From: an uncultured Desulfospira sp. | GTDB lineage: Bacteria > Desulfobacterota > Desulfobacteria > Desulfobacterales > Desulfobacteraceae | NCBI GenBank assembly: GCA_963663165.1 | Contig: OY760175.1 | Coordinates: 928,001 to 992,000 of the forward strand | Direction of reading: 5' to 3' | Length of the DNA: 64,000 nt | Shown: one piece after another, positions 1 to 9,760 of the stretch | How the letters are laid out: every line of letters starts with the position of its first letter | Numbering within the stretch: the stretch's first letter is position 1 | Notes under the pieces: generated by a model | Seen by the model: only the letters and a program-made list of their open reading frames with translations | Database searches by the model: none | What the model was told of the DNA's origin: nothing | Translations under genes and position numbers: made by a program

Positions 1-1
1 T

Positions 2-1078
2 ATGAGTTCCCAGGCGTCAAGTGCGGGCAACAAAGAGGCCGATGTCCGGGAAAAGCTCATCAAGACCGGCCATGTGGATGTCATGATCGGTATCCGGTCC
101 AACTTCTTTTATACCCGGTCGGTGCCCTGTGAGCTGTGGTTTTTTAATAAATCCAAACCTAAGACCATGGCCCGTAAGGTGCTCATGCTGGATGCCCGGA
201 ATGTTTACCGGAAAGTTACGCGCAAGATCTACGACTTTACGCCGGAACAGCAAAAGAATCTTACGGCAATCATCTGGTTATACCGTGGCCAGACAGAGCG
301 ATACCTGGGACTTATCAAGGCGTACCTGGGAACGTTGGTAACTGAGAGTCTGGCCGTCGAGGACGCCCTCAAAGGGTTTGCCGATGGGCAAAAGCCGCTG
401 CTGGATAAACTCAATGCCTTCCAGAAGGTCGTCAAGGACGCCAGCCTGGGCCAATTAATCCGTGACGTGACCGGGATAGTCGAGCAGTGCAAGACCCATG
501 GTGGAAAACTGGTGTCCGACATCAATGCGTACGGGGCTGAATACGCCGGGATTCCCGGCACGAATGACCGCCAGAACCAGGCCCGCAAAGACTTTGAGCC
601 GATCAATGGCCAACTGAAGATGCTGCCCAAAACGATTGACCTTTTGTTTAAGCAGACGGTTCGGGGTATCGAGATTGCCGAAAAGGACCTGGACGCCAAG
701 TCCAATGATGCGTGGGATAATCGTGAGGTCACCCGTCTGAAAAAGGAACTGGATGTCATTCGAAAAGAGGCTGTTGGGAAGCTGAAGACACCAGGGTATT
801 ATTATCGGCAGATTGAATGGCTGCAATCGCGTTTCCCTGATGCCAAGCTTGTCGATGTCGAGGGATTGGTGAAGTTGGCCGATCAGTCGGAGCTTGAGGC
901 CAATGACTGGAGTCTGACGCCGGGACGGTACGTTGGGGTTGCCCCGCCTGTTGAGGACGAAGATTTTGACTTTGAGGAGACCATTCGGGATATCCATCTT
1001 GAGCTTGAGGGGTTGAACCAGGAAGCCATTGAATTGGCGAGGACTATCCAGAGCAACTTTGAGGATCTTGGGATATGA
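2..1078 (+). CDS. hsdM: Type I RM methyltransferase subunit, C-terminal part (5' end outside the window)
   Basis: HsdM C-terminal motifs (FFYTRSVPCELWFFNK, VLMLDAR, WSLTPGRYVG); ATGA overlap with hsdS. Confidence 0.93.
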   Translation: MSSQASSAGNKEADVREKLIKTGHVDVMIGIRSNFFYTRSVPCELWFFNKSKPKTMARKVLMLDARNVYRKVTRKIYDFTPEQQKNLTAIIWLYRGQTERYLGLIKAYLGTLVTESLAVEDALKGFADGQKPLLDKLNAFQKVVKDASLGQLIRDVTGIVEQCKTHGGKLVSDINAYGAEYAGIPGTNDRQNQARKDFEPINGQLKMLPKTIDLLFKQTVRGIEIAEKDLDAKSNDAWDNREVTRLKKELDVIRKEAVGKLKTPGYYYRQIEWLQSRFPDAKLVDVEGLVKLADQSELEANDWSLTPGRYVGVAPPVEDEDFDFEETIRDIHLELEGLNQEAIELARTIQSNFEDLGI

Positions 1079-2205
1079 GCTGGCTGACGCAAAAGCTTGG
1101 TGACGTTCTTACGCTGAAAAGGGGCTATGATTTACCTTCGTCAAAACGACAATTCGGTTCAATACCAATTATTTCATCATCAGGCATAACTGGAACACAT
1201 AATATTTGTAAGGTTGAAGGTCCCGGTGTTGTTACAGGGCGTTACGGCACCATAGGAAAGGTCTATTATGTAAACAACGATTTCTGGCCATTGAACACTG
1301 CCTTGTATGTGCAGGACTTCAAAGGCAATGACCCAAGGTTTGTTTCCTATTTTTTAAGTCACGTTTTGATGTTCACACAAAGTGACAAAGCTGCTGTGCC
1401 TGGAGTAAATCGAAATGACCTTCATGCCAAGGATGTTTTGTTTCCACCCAAGGAAATTCACACTAAAATTGCCTCCATCCTGACCGCCTACGATGACCTC
1501 ATCGAGAACAACAACCGCCGGATAGCCCTCCTTGAGGACTCCGCACGTCAGCTTTACCGTGAGTGGTTCGTGAGGTTGCGGTTTCCCGGGCATGAGAACA
1601 CAAGGATCACCGATGGTGTGCCCGATGGATGGGAGAAGGCTGCTGTTTCTAACTTTTGTACCGTTGGTAGAGGAGCTTCCCCGAGGCCAATCAAAGACTA
1701 TATGGGGGGCGATATTCCGTGGTTTAAAATCGGTGACGCTACTGCTTCAGAAAGCCCGTATATCTTTGAGACTGTAGAAAAGGTGACCGAAGATGGATCT
1801 CAGAAGAGTATCATACTGCCTGTTGGCGAGTTGATTCTCTCAAATAGTGCTACATGTGGGATTCCCAATTTTACGGGTGTTTCTGGTTGTATCCACGACG
1901 GTTGGCTTTATTTCAAAGGGTTAAAGCATATAAGTAAGTACTTTCTCTATCTTTACCTTATTTTTCAGCAACAAGCTCTCCTGCAAGGTATTGGAGATGG
2001 TGCAACTCAGAAGAATTTAAACACCAAATACGTTTCAAACCAACCACTTCTTGTGCCTAAATCAACCAAATTGCTTGTGCGTTTTGATAAACTGGTTCAA
2101 CCAAAGTTCGATTATATTGAAAACCTGGCGAAACAAAATCAAAAGCTCAAAGCCGCCCGTGACCTCCTGTTACCCAAACTCATGAACGGAGAGATACCCG
2201 TATGA
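1075..2205 (+). CDS. hsdS: Type I RM specificity subunit
   Basis: Two TRDs separated by the conserved IASILTAYDDLIENNNRRIALLE...LYREWFV spacer; C-terminal RDLLLPKLM. Confidence 0.95.
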   Translation: MSWLTQKLGDVLTLKRGYDLPSSKRQFGSIPIISSSGITGTHNICKVEGPGVVTGRYGTIGKVYYVNNDFWPLNTALYVQDFKGNDPRFVSYFLSHVLMFTQSDKAAVPGVNRNDLHAKDVLFPPKEIHTKIASILTAYDDLIENNNRRIALLEDSARQLYREWFVRLRFPGHENTRITDGVPDGWEKAAVSNFCTVGRGASPRPIKDYMGGDIPWFKIGDATASESPYIFETVEKVTEDGSQKSIILPVGELILSNSATCGIPNFTGVSGCIHDGWLYFKGLKHISKYFLYLYLIFQQQALLQGIGDGATQKNLNTKYVSNQPLLVPKSTKLLVRFDKLVQPKFDYIENLAKQNQKLKAARDLLLPKLMNGEIPV

Positions 2206-5200
2206 CAGGCCCCATGACCGAAGACAGACTTGTTCAGAAGACCACTGCTGAGTACTTTGAGTCGGAACTTGGATGGAACTCAGTGTATGCCTATAATGCT
2301 GAGGACTTCGGTCAGGACTCCCTGCTGGGGCGGAATGACGATACCGAGGTGGTGCTGGTCCAGCACCTTCTAAAGGCCCTGAAACAATACAACCCCGGCC
2401 TGCCCGAAACTGCCTATGAGTCAGCCGTAACGACAATTGCCGCCACCAGTGTCAGCAAGTCCGCCCTCCAGGCGAACCGGGAGAAATACGGGCTGTTCAA
2501 AAGCGGTGTCCCGGTCAAGTTCAAGAACGATAAGGGGATTATCGAAGAGCGGCGCCTCAAGGTCTTTGACTTTGGCGATCCACTGAACAATGATTTCCTG
2601 GTGGTCCGTGAATTGTGGATCGCAAAGCTTCCCTACCGGCGGCGTCCGGATATCATCGGGTTTGTCAACGGCATCCCTTTGCTGTTCATTGAACTAAAGA
2701 ACATCCATAAGGATATCCGCCGGGCCTATAATGAAAACCTCAAGGATTACAAGGACACCATTCCCCATTTATTTGATCACAATGCCTTTATCATGCTCTC
2801 CAACGGGGATAAGGCCAGGATGGGATCACTGTCAGCCAGGTATGGCCACTTCAAGGATTGGAAACGTCTGGACGAGGATGAACCGGGTGTGGTGGACTTT
2901 GAGACCATGCTCAAGGGGGTGTGCACCAAGTCAAACTTTATGGATCTTTTTGAAAATTTTATCCTGTTTGACGAGAGTGCCGGGACCCTTGCCAAAATCG
3001 TTGCGCGAAACCATCAGTATCTTGGGGTAAACCGGGCCGTTCGATCGGTACGGGACCGCAATGCCCTTGAAGGACAGCTCGGGGTCTTCTGGCATACCCA
3101 GGGGTCCGGCAAATCCTATTCCATGGTGTTCTTTTCCCAGAAGGTTCACCGTAAACTCACCGGAAATTTTACCTTTCTGATTGTCACGGATCGAGAAGAC
3201 CTGGATACTCAGCTTTACAAGACCTTTGCCGGATGCGGTATTGTGGATAACGATAAGGACCACTGCCGGGCATCAAGCGGGGCTGATCTTCGGGAACTGT
3301 TCTCTTCAAGCAAGGCGTACATCTTCACCATGGTCCACAAGTTCAATAAGGACGTGGCTGGCCCCGGGGATATCTATTCTGATCGGTCCGACATCATTGT
3401 TATCTCCGATGAGGCCCATCGTACCCAGTATGGCCGTCTTGCCCTGAATATGCGCAATGCACTTCCCCATGCCCACTACATCGGGTTTACCGGGACTCCG
3501 TTGTTCAAGGATGATGAGATCACCAAAAAAATATTCGGCGGGTACGTATCCACCTATGACTTCCAGCGGGCTGTTGAGGATAATGCAACAGTTCCACTCT
3601 TCTATGACAGCCGGGGGGAGAAACTTGGGCTGGCCACCACGAACATCAACATGAAACTGGCTGAAAAGCTTGAAGCCATTGAACTGGATGCGGACCAGGA
3701 GGCACTTCTGGAAAAGGACCTGTCCCGGGCGTACCATGTGATTACCGCCACCAGAAGGCTTACGGCCATTGCCCGGGATTTTGTTGAGCATTACGCCACC
3801 GCCTGGGAAACCGGCAAGGCCATGTTTGTCAGCCTCGACAAAATCACGGCCCTGCGGATGTATAATCTGGTTCAAGGGTTCTGGCAGGAACAAATTCAGA
3901 AAACCGACGCCGGCATGAAAGAGGCCTGTGACGAACAGGAATTAATGGGTCTGCGGCGTAAACTTGAATGGCTCAAAGAAACCCGGATGGCGGTGGTCGT
4001 GAGCGAAGAGCAGGGGGAGATTGAGAAGTTCAAACACTGGGATCTGGATATTATCCCCCACCGGGCACGCATGAAAAACGGATTTGAGACGTCTGACGGC
4101 AAGACCCTTGAAATCGACCTGGCATTCAAACGGGAGAATCACCCGTTCCGGGTTGTCTTTGTCTGTGCCATGTGACTGACGGGGTTTGATGTCCCAAGCC
4201 TTTCAACCCTCTACCTTGATAAACCCTTAAAGGCCCATACGCTGATGCAGGCCATTGCCCGGGCAAACCGCATCAACGAAGGAAAGAACAACGGGCTGAT
4301 TGTCGACTATTGCGGTATATTGAAAAATCTGAGGGAAGCGCTTGCCACTTTCGCTTCTGGTGGCGGCGCAGGTGGCGGTGTTCCCGAACCGCCCGTTAAA
4401 CCAGATGAAGAACTGCTTGAGGAACTGGCCGGGGCCATTGACCACACCAGGGTCTTTTTGAAGGAACGGGGGTTTGAGCTTGAGAGCATTTCCGAAAAAA
4501 CAGGATTTCAAAAAATTGCCGCCATAAAAGATGCCAAAAACGTGATCAATCAGAGTGAAGAGACCCGGAAGCGGTTTGAAATACAGGCACGGATGGTTTT
4601 TAAGAAATTTAAAGGCTGTCTGAACATCAAGGCTGTAAACGACTTCAGGCAGCCCCATGACGCCATTGACATTGTTTATAAAAAGCTGCTCGGGGATCGG
4701 GATAAAGCCGACATCAGCCGGATCATCCAGGATCTTCATAAGGTGGTGGACCAGGCCGTGGAAGTAAGGGAGGCCGGGCCGGGTGTTGATGACTACCTTT
4801 ATGATATCAGCAAGATAGACTTTAAGCTGCTGCAAGAAGAGTTTGCCAAAAAGAAACACAAGAACACAACGGTCTATTGCCTGAAAGAGGCCATTGAAAA
4901 GAAGCTTGCACGGATGCTGAAACAAAATCCCTTGAGGACCGACTTCAACAAACGCTATCAGGAGATCATCCAAGCGTATAATGAAGAAAAGAACAGATCC
5001 ACCATTGAGAAGACCTTTGAGGAGCTGATGAAGTATTACCGGCAGTTGTCCGAGGAAGAAAGGCGGGCCGCACGGGAAGGCCTTACCGAGGAACAGCTGG
5101 CGATCTTTGATCTATTACTCAAACCGGAAATATCAAAGGCGGACCGGGAAAAGGTGAAGCGCATCGCATCGCCGGTGAGCTTCTTGAGTTGTTAAAGGCT

Positions 5201-5404
5201 GAAAAGCTGAAAGTTGAGAACTGGCAGGAGAAAGAGGTGACCAAGGCCGCTGTCAAAACTTTCATTTACAACTACCTGTACGATGAAAACACCGGCCTGC
5301 CCGATCCCTTTTACAGCACCGATGATGTCGAACAAAAAACCGGTATCGTGTTTGATCACGTTTTTATGCGGTATCAGGATAGCGGCCATAGGGCTTATGT
5401 ATAG
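2202..5404 (+). pseudogene. hsdR: Type I RM restriction subunit, disrupted by a nonsense codon and a frameshift
   Basis: Motifs PD..IELK, HTQGSGKS, DEAH, TGT, QAIARANR. TGA at 4173-4175 inside VCAM-*-LTGFD (normally W). GCATC duplication at 5161-5170 shifts the last ~75 codons out of frame. Confidence 0.93.
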
Positions 5405-5409
5405 CCTTA

Positions 5410-6294
5410 TTATCTCCGATTCTTTTTCCTGGATTTTTTAGACTGTTTGCGTTTTTTCTTTTTAGCAGATGATTGTTTTCTGCTTGATGCTTTTTGAGCC
5501 TTTAATTTCAAAGAACCCGAATGTTTTGTATTATCCTGAAAGCATGCCCACCAGGACATGGCCGCGTGGAAATCATCAAGGCTGTGTCTTTCCATATCCT
5601 CTTTCAACACCTGAAGACTCTTTTCTTTTCCCATATCCAGGGTTTTCTTGAAGCTTTCATAACCGATTATTCCAGGTGAGATCAGTCCGTTTTCATAAGA
5701 TGCCTCGATCGTATCCATAATCTCTTCAGGGTAAAGGTCGCAAACGATGCATGCTAATAGTCCCCAGAAGTCTGAAGTTTTGTCCGCTTCATTCCCAGTG
5801 AACAATGAGTTGAAAAACTCAATGGTATCCTCCCTGGATACATAACCGGATACAGTAGAATAAGCTATTGCTTGACAGCCTGAAATACGGATATATTCGT
5901 TTACCGCTGTATTACGAACCATGGATTTCATAGAATCAATGGAGCCGTTACAGGTATTGAACAAAAGAGCCGGCAAATCCGAGGTACAGATATCGCCAAA
6001 TAGTTTGTCCGGCAAGTCATCCGGAAGGCAAAAAATATCTATAAGCAATTTATGGACACGATGTTCTTTAAAATGTCCAAGCAGCATTACCGAATAAATG
6101 TGGTCATAGAGTTCACCATCTTCGATGTAAACCTGGGGATTGGACAAGAGGTCTTCCAGAACTTTGATCAACGCGGGTGTTATCTCTTCTTTGAGTTCAA
6201 TGGCTGCGTTGATTTCTTCCCGTTTGTAAACACCATCATAATATTTAAAGGATGCGAGAATTTCAGACACCCGATTTTTTGTATGATCTTCCAT
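5410..6294 (-). CDS. DUF1186-like protein with Lys/Arg-rich tail
   Basis: 294 aa ORF resembling DUF1186 (EEITPALIKVLE...HIYSVMLLGHFKE...LFGD); AT-rich. Confidence 0.65.
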   Translation of the reverse strand: MEDHTKNRVSEILASFKYYDGVYKREEINAAIELKEEITPALIKVLEDLLSNPQVYIEDGELYDHIYSVMLLGHFKEHRVHKLLIDIFCLPDDLPDKLFGDICTSDLPALLFNTCNGSIDSMKSMVRNTAVNEYIRISGCQAIAYSTVSGYVSREDTIEFFNSLFTGNEADKTSDFWGLLACIVCDLYPEEIMDTIEASYENGLISPGIIGYESFKKTLDMGKEKSLQVLKEDMERHSLDDFHAAMSWWACFQDNTKHSGSLKLKAQKASSRKQSSAKKKKRKQSKKSRKKNRR

Positions 6295-6428
6295 ATCAAT
6301 CGTAGTAGATTTCCTTTTTTATTTTTCAGCGGGCTCAAAGCCACAACCTTGCGCTTGTCAAGGTGTTGAGAACTCGATTTAAAATGCAGGCTTTATTCTG
6401 CCTGTTTCACCAGTTGATAACTTTTCCT

Positions 6429-6851
6429 TTACAAAAACCTGGCTTTGAATTTTTCCGGCACCCTGGCCTTGACCCGCTCGTTTTTTTCCAGAAATACCCA
6501 TCCGTTTTTGGCCAGGGCCGCTAATTTTCCCGAATCCTGTATGGTCATCCGGTAGATAAATTCACATCCGCATTCCCAGAAACCGGAAACCCCGATCTCA
6601 ACGTTGAGAATCTGGCCGTAAAACACCTCTGATTTGTAGATAATGGCTGAGTCGGCCATGATCAGCCGGGTGCCTTCAATATCGGTTTCCACATAGCCAA
6701 GCTTTCGGATAAACCGGGCACGGGCCTCGCTGACCGCCACCAGAAAGGCTTCATTGCCCATATGATGGGCGGTATTGATGTCCCGCAGCCGGACATCAAT
6801 TTGGGTTGAAAAAAATATTCTTTCAGGGGGATCTATCCGAACTCGGGCCAT
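6429..6851 (-). CDS. Acyl-CoA thioesterase (4HBT/hotdog fold)
   Basis: VRLRDINTAHHMGN and ARARF motifs; 140 aa. Confidence 0.85.
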   Translation of the reverse strand: MARVRIDPPERIFFSTQIDVRLRDINTAHHMGNEAFLVAVSEARARFIRKLGYVETDIEGTRLIMADSAIIYKSEVFYGQILNVEIGVSGFWECGCEFIYRMTIQDSGKLAALAKNGWVFLEKNERVKARVPEKFKARFL

Positions 6852-6987
6852 ATTTTTATATCTCCTTGGATCTTTAGTGCTTCAACAACAACTTTCGGCC
6901 CAAGTTTACCGTCATGTGTCTTCAAAATCAATACCGGCTGAATCAATGTCATTAACTTAAGCATCGAGTATGTTATTTGCAGGTCTC

Positions 6988-7170
6988 CTCTGTGTAGTTT
7001 GGCGCAAGCCAAACCTTAAATTCTCTCTGTGGTTAAATAGAAAATGCGGGCGAAGCCCGCTGATTTCACAAACCAGGAATTTCAAAAAAAACCTTTCAAT
7101 CCCTTTGGGATTTCATGTTTTTAAACCACAGAGGACACTTAAGGTTTGGCTGCGCCAAACTTCACAGAGA
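6988..7170. repeat. Long imperfect inverted repeat with ~50 bp arms (MITE-like)
   Basis: CTCTGTGTAGTTTGGCGCAAGCCAAACCTTAA..CTCTGTGGTTAAA (6988-7037) pairs with TTAAACCACAGAG..TTAAGGTTTGGCTGCGCCAAACTTCACAGAG (7121-7169). Confidence 0.8.
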
Positions 7171-7339
7171 GTAACGGACAGGGGCAGGCATTGGGAGATG
7201 TGCTCTTCATGACGTTAATAAGAGCCGTCCCAATTTATAGTGATGAAAACTCTTAATTTAATGACATTGCCGGCTGAATAGAAACAAGACCGGATCACTT
7301 TTCCTTAGGGGTTCGCATTCCGGTCTCCGGTTTCCGGCG

Positions 7340-7450
7340 GCAGGAAGCAGGGCCATACCCGCGAACCAATGGCAGACATGGCCCGCTCCCTGCATGGACC
7401 TAAAATGTGAAAATAAATGCTGAAGGTCGGGTATCCTTAGAACAGTGCAC
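7340..7450. repeat. Degenerate copy of the GTAG-type REP dimer plus conserved tail
   Basis: Aligns with 25649-25762 and 29319-29430 (GGGCCAT..CCGCGA..CATGGCCCGCTCC..GACC.AAAATGT). Confidence 0.7.
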
Positions 7451-8585
7451 CCGGTCTGCGGTCTCCCGTCTGCGGTCTGCCTTTATAACTGTCAAATCCC
7501 TCCCAAACGCGTTGTCCGGTATATGCCACCGGGTCTTCCGTCCCGCTGATCACCCGTAACACCCCCAAGGCCAGGGCCTCCATCTCAAGTTCCCCGGGGT
7601 AAATATCCACCGGGGCAATAAAGGCCACCATCCGGGTGAGTTCTTCGATAAAATAACTGTCCCGGCTGATTCCCCCGGTGAGGACGATGGCGTCCACCTT
7701 TCCTTCAAGGACTGTGGCATAGGCGCCAATGCTTTTTGCCACCTGGTAGATCATGGCATCGTATACCAGTTTGGCATACCGGTCCCCTTTGGCGATCCGT
7801 TGTTTGACCTCCAGAACCTCGCTGGTTCCCAGGTGATTGACCAGTCCACCGTTCTTCATGAACAGCTCTTTGACCTTGCGTTCACTGTATTGCCCTGAAA
7901 AACAAAGGCTGATCAGTTTTGATGGCGGGACCACACCGGCCCGGGTCGGCGCCATGGGGGCTTCCCCGTAAAGCAGGTTATCGGCATCCACCACCCGTCC
8001 TTTTTTATGGGCCGCAACCGATACGCCCCCGCCGATGTGGGCCACCACCAGGTTAACATCGGTATAAGGTTTGCCCATTTTAGCCGCCGCCCGCAGGCCG
8101 ACTTCCTTGTGGCTTAGGGCATGAAAGCTGCTGGATCGGGGCAGATCGGCAATCCCGCTCACCCGGGCCACGGGCTCTAACTCATCCACATCAGGCGGAT
8201 TGACCACAAAGGCGGGCTTGTCGTAAGCCATGGAAAGATCATGGGCCAGCAAAGGGCCTAAGGCGGCCGGGTGAATGGGCCGGGACCGGGCATGGTCGAG
8301 CATGAGGTCATTGACCGGGTAGGTTCCCCCGGAACAGGGGTCCAAGCCCCCTGCCCGGCCCACAAAGGCGGTGAAGGTTCTCAAATCGTATCCTTGTTCA
8401 TCCATGGCTTTGATGATCATCTGTTTTCGATAATCGAACTGATCGCTTAACTGTTTGAACCGGGCCAGCCTTTCCGCCTCATGGGTAATATCAAGGCCAT
8501 AAACCTTGTCCTCATTTTCAAAGACGGCAATTTTGGTGGATGTGGAGCCGGGGTTAATGGCCAGGATCCGTATGATTTCCATCAT
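7437..8585 (-). CDS. buk: Butyrate kinase
   Basis: INPGSTSTK, HIGGGVSVAAH, VLTGG and PGELEMEALA motifs; adjacent to ptb. Confidence 0.93.
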   Translation of the reverse strand: MMEIIRILAINPGSTSTKIAVFENEDKVYGLDITHEAERLARFKQLSDQFDYRKQMIIKAMDEQGYDLRTFTAFVGRAGGLDPCSGGTYPVNDLMLDHARSRPIHPAALGPLLAHDLSMAYDKPAFVVNPPDVDELEPVARVSGIADLPRSSSFHALSHKEVGLRAAAKMGKPYTDVNLVVAHIGGGVSVAAHKKGRVVDADNLLYGEAPMAPTRAGVVPPSKLISLCFSGQYSERKVKELFMKNGGLVNHLGTSEVLEVKQRIAKGDRYAKLVYDAMIYQVAKSIGAYATVLEGKVDAIVLTGGISRDSYFIEELTRMVAFIAPVDIYPGELEMEALALGVLRVISGTEDPVAYTGQRVWEGFDSYKGRPQTGDRRPGALF

Positions 8586-8587
8586 GA

Positions 8588-9529
8588 TCAGCCTGCCTTT
8601 CCGGTAGCCGGGCAAGTTCCCGGCCCCGATTTATTGATGGATGCCGCCAGCAGAATCGAATTATATTTCTCTTCTGTAGGGCCCGATCTCGACGTTACAA
8701 TCATGGGGACCTTGGCGCCGACAATAATGGTGCCGGCAACGGATTTAGCACTGAATACCAGGCTTTTGGCCAGTGTATTGCCAACGGTAATATTGGGACA
8801 CAAAAGGATATCTGCCTCCCCGGCCACAGGGCTTGAATACCCTTTGATCAGGGCAGATTCCTTATCGACAGCAAGATCATAGGGCATGGGGCCTTCAACC
8901 GTACAGTCGGGTATCTCCCCGGCCTCACCCATTTTTTTAAGTTCCCCGGCCTCCACTGATTCGGGCATTTTAGGGTTCACGCGGTCTACGGCAGATAGAA
9001 CAGCAGCCTTAATGTCGGTGAACCCCATGCTTTTTAAAGCGCCGCTGGCATTGAGCAGCAGCTGTTTTTTTTGTTCCAGGGTCGGGTAGGGGACCATGGC
9101 CACATCTGTAATGGTCAACAGTTTATGATAGGTGGGAATCTTCAAAATAAGGATGTGGGAAATCAGCTTGCCGGTCCGCAGATCATTTTTTTTGTCGATG
9201 ACCATATTCATGAAGTCAGCGGTCTGAAGATGCCCCTTCATCATGACATCGATGTCACCTTTGCGGGCCAGATCAACGGTAATATTCAAGGCGGCATCCA
9301 TGTCTTTGGCATGCAGGATAGTGTATTCACAATAATCCTTATAAGCGCTTAAATTTTCGTTTATCTTTTGCTTGTCGCCAATCAGGACGGGATGGGCAAT
9401 ACCGTCCCTGCCCGCAGACATGGCGGCTTTTAAAGCATGGGCATCCTGGGCACAGACAACCGCGACATTTTTCTTGGTCGCGTTGAGGATATTGGCTTCA
9501 ATGAGCGTGCTAAAATCAGTGTAGACCAT
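8588..9529 (-). CDS. ptb: Phosphate butyryltransferase (phosphate acyltransferase)
   Basis: MKGHLQT, VEGPMPYDLA, GEADILLCPN..GNTLAK and VTSR motifs. Confidence 0.9.
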   Translation of the reverse strand: MVYTDFSTLIEANILNATKKNVAVVCAQDAHALKAAMSAGRDGIAHPVLIGDKQKINENLSAYKDYCEYTILHAKDMDAALNITVDLARKGDIDVMMKGHLQTADFMNMVIDKKNDLRTGKLISHILILKIPTYHKLLTITDVAMVPYPTLEQKKQLLLNASGALKSMGFTDIKAAVLSAVDRVNPKMPESVEAGELKKMGEAGEIPDCTVEGPMPYDLAVDKESALIKGYSSPVAGEADILLCPNITVGNTLAKSLVFSAKSVAGTIIVGAKVPMIVTSRSGPTEEKYNSILLAASINKSGPGTCPATGKAG

Positions 9530-9570
9530 TTTGACTTAAGACCCCCCCCCTTTTTTTATGAAAAAAACTG

Positions 9571-9599
9571 TTGACAAAGATTATCAAGGCATATATCAC
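9571..9599 (+). promoter_or_regulatory. Sigma70-type promoter for the abfD-like operon
   Basis: TTGACA-17 bp-TATCAC. Confidence 0.6.
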
Positions 9600-9600
9600 A

Positions 9601-9628
9601 AAAATAAAGCGAGCGCTCTATTTATTTT
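9601..9628. promoter_or_regulatory. Palindromic operator, candidate site for the cluster TetR
   Basis: AAAATAAA-gc-GAGCGCTC-ta-TTTATTTT immediately downstream of the -10. Confidence 0.6.
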
Positions 9629-9760
9629 AAAAAATTTTACACCGGCCAAAAAAATTAATTACCGCAACCTGGAAGCCAACTTTAAACATGAACCATTTAA
9701 CATCCCCCCATTTAAATTTGTCTATAAGGAAATTTGACACTTAAATTATGGAGAGAAATT

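Noticed and set aside
4173..4175. TGA recoded as Trp or selenocysteine
   Set aside because: Many neighbouring genes end in TGA, the position is a Trp rather than a Cys site, and the gene has a second independent lesion
9542..9557. Phase-variable C9/T7 tract at the ptb ribosome-binding region
   Set aside because: Non-coding homopolymer with no evidence of length variation from a single sequence
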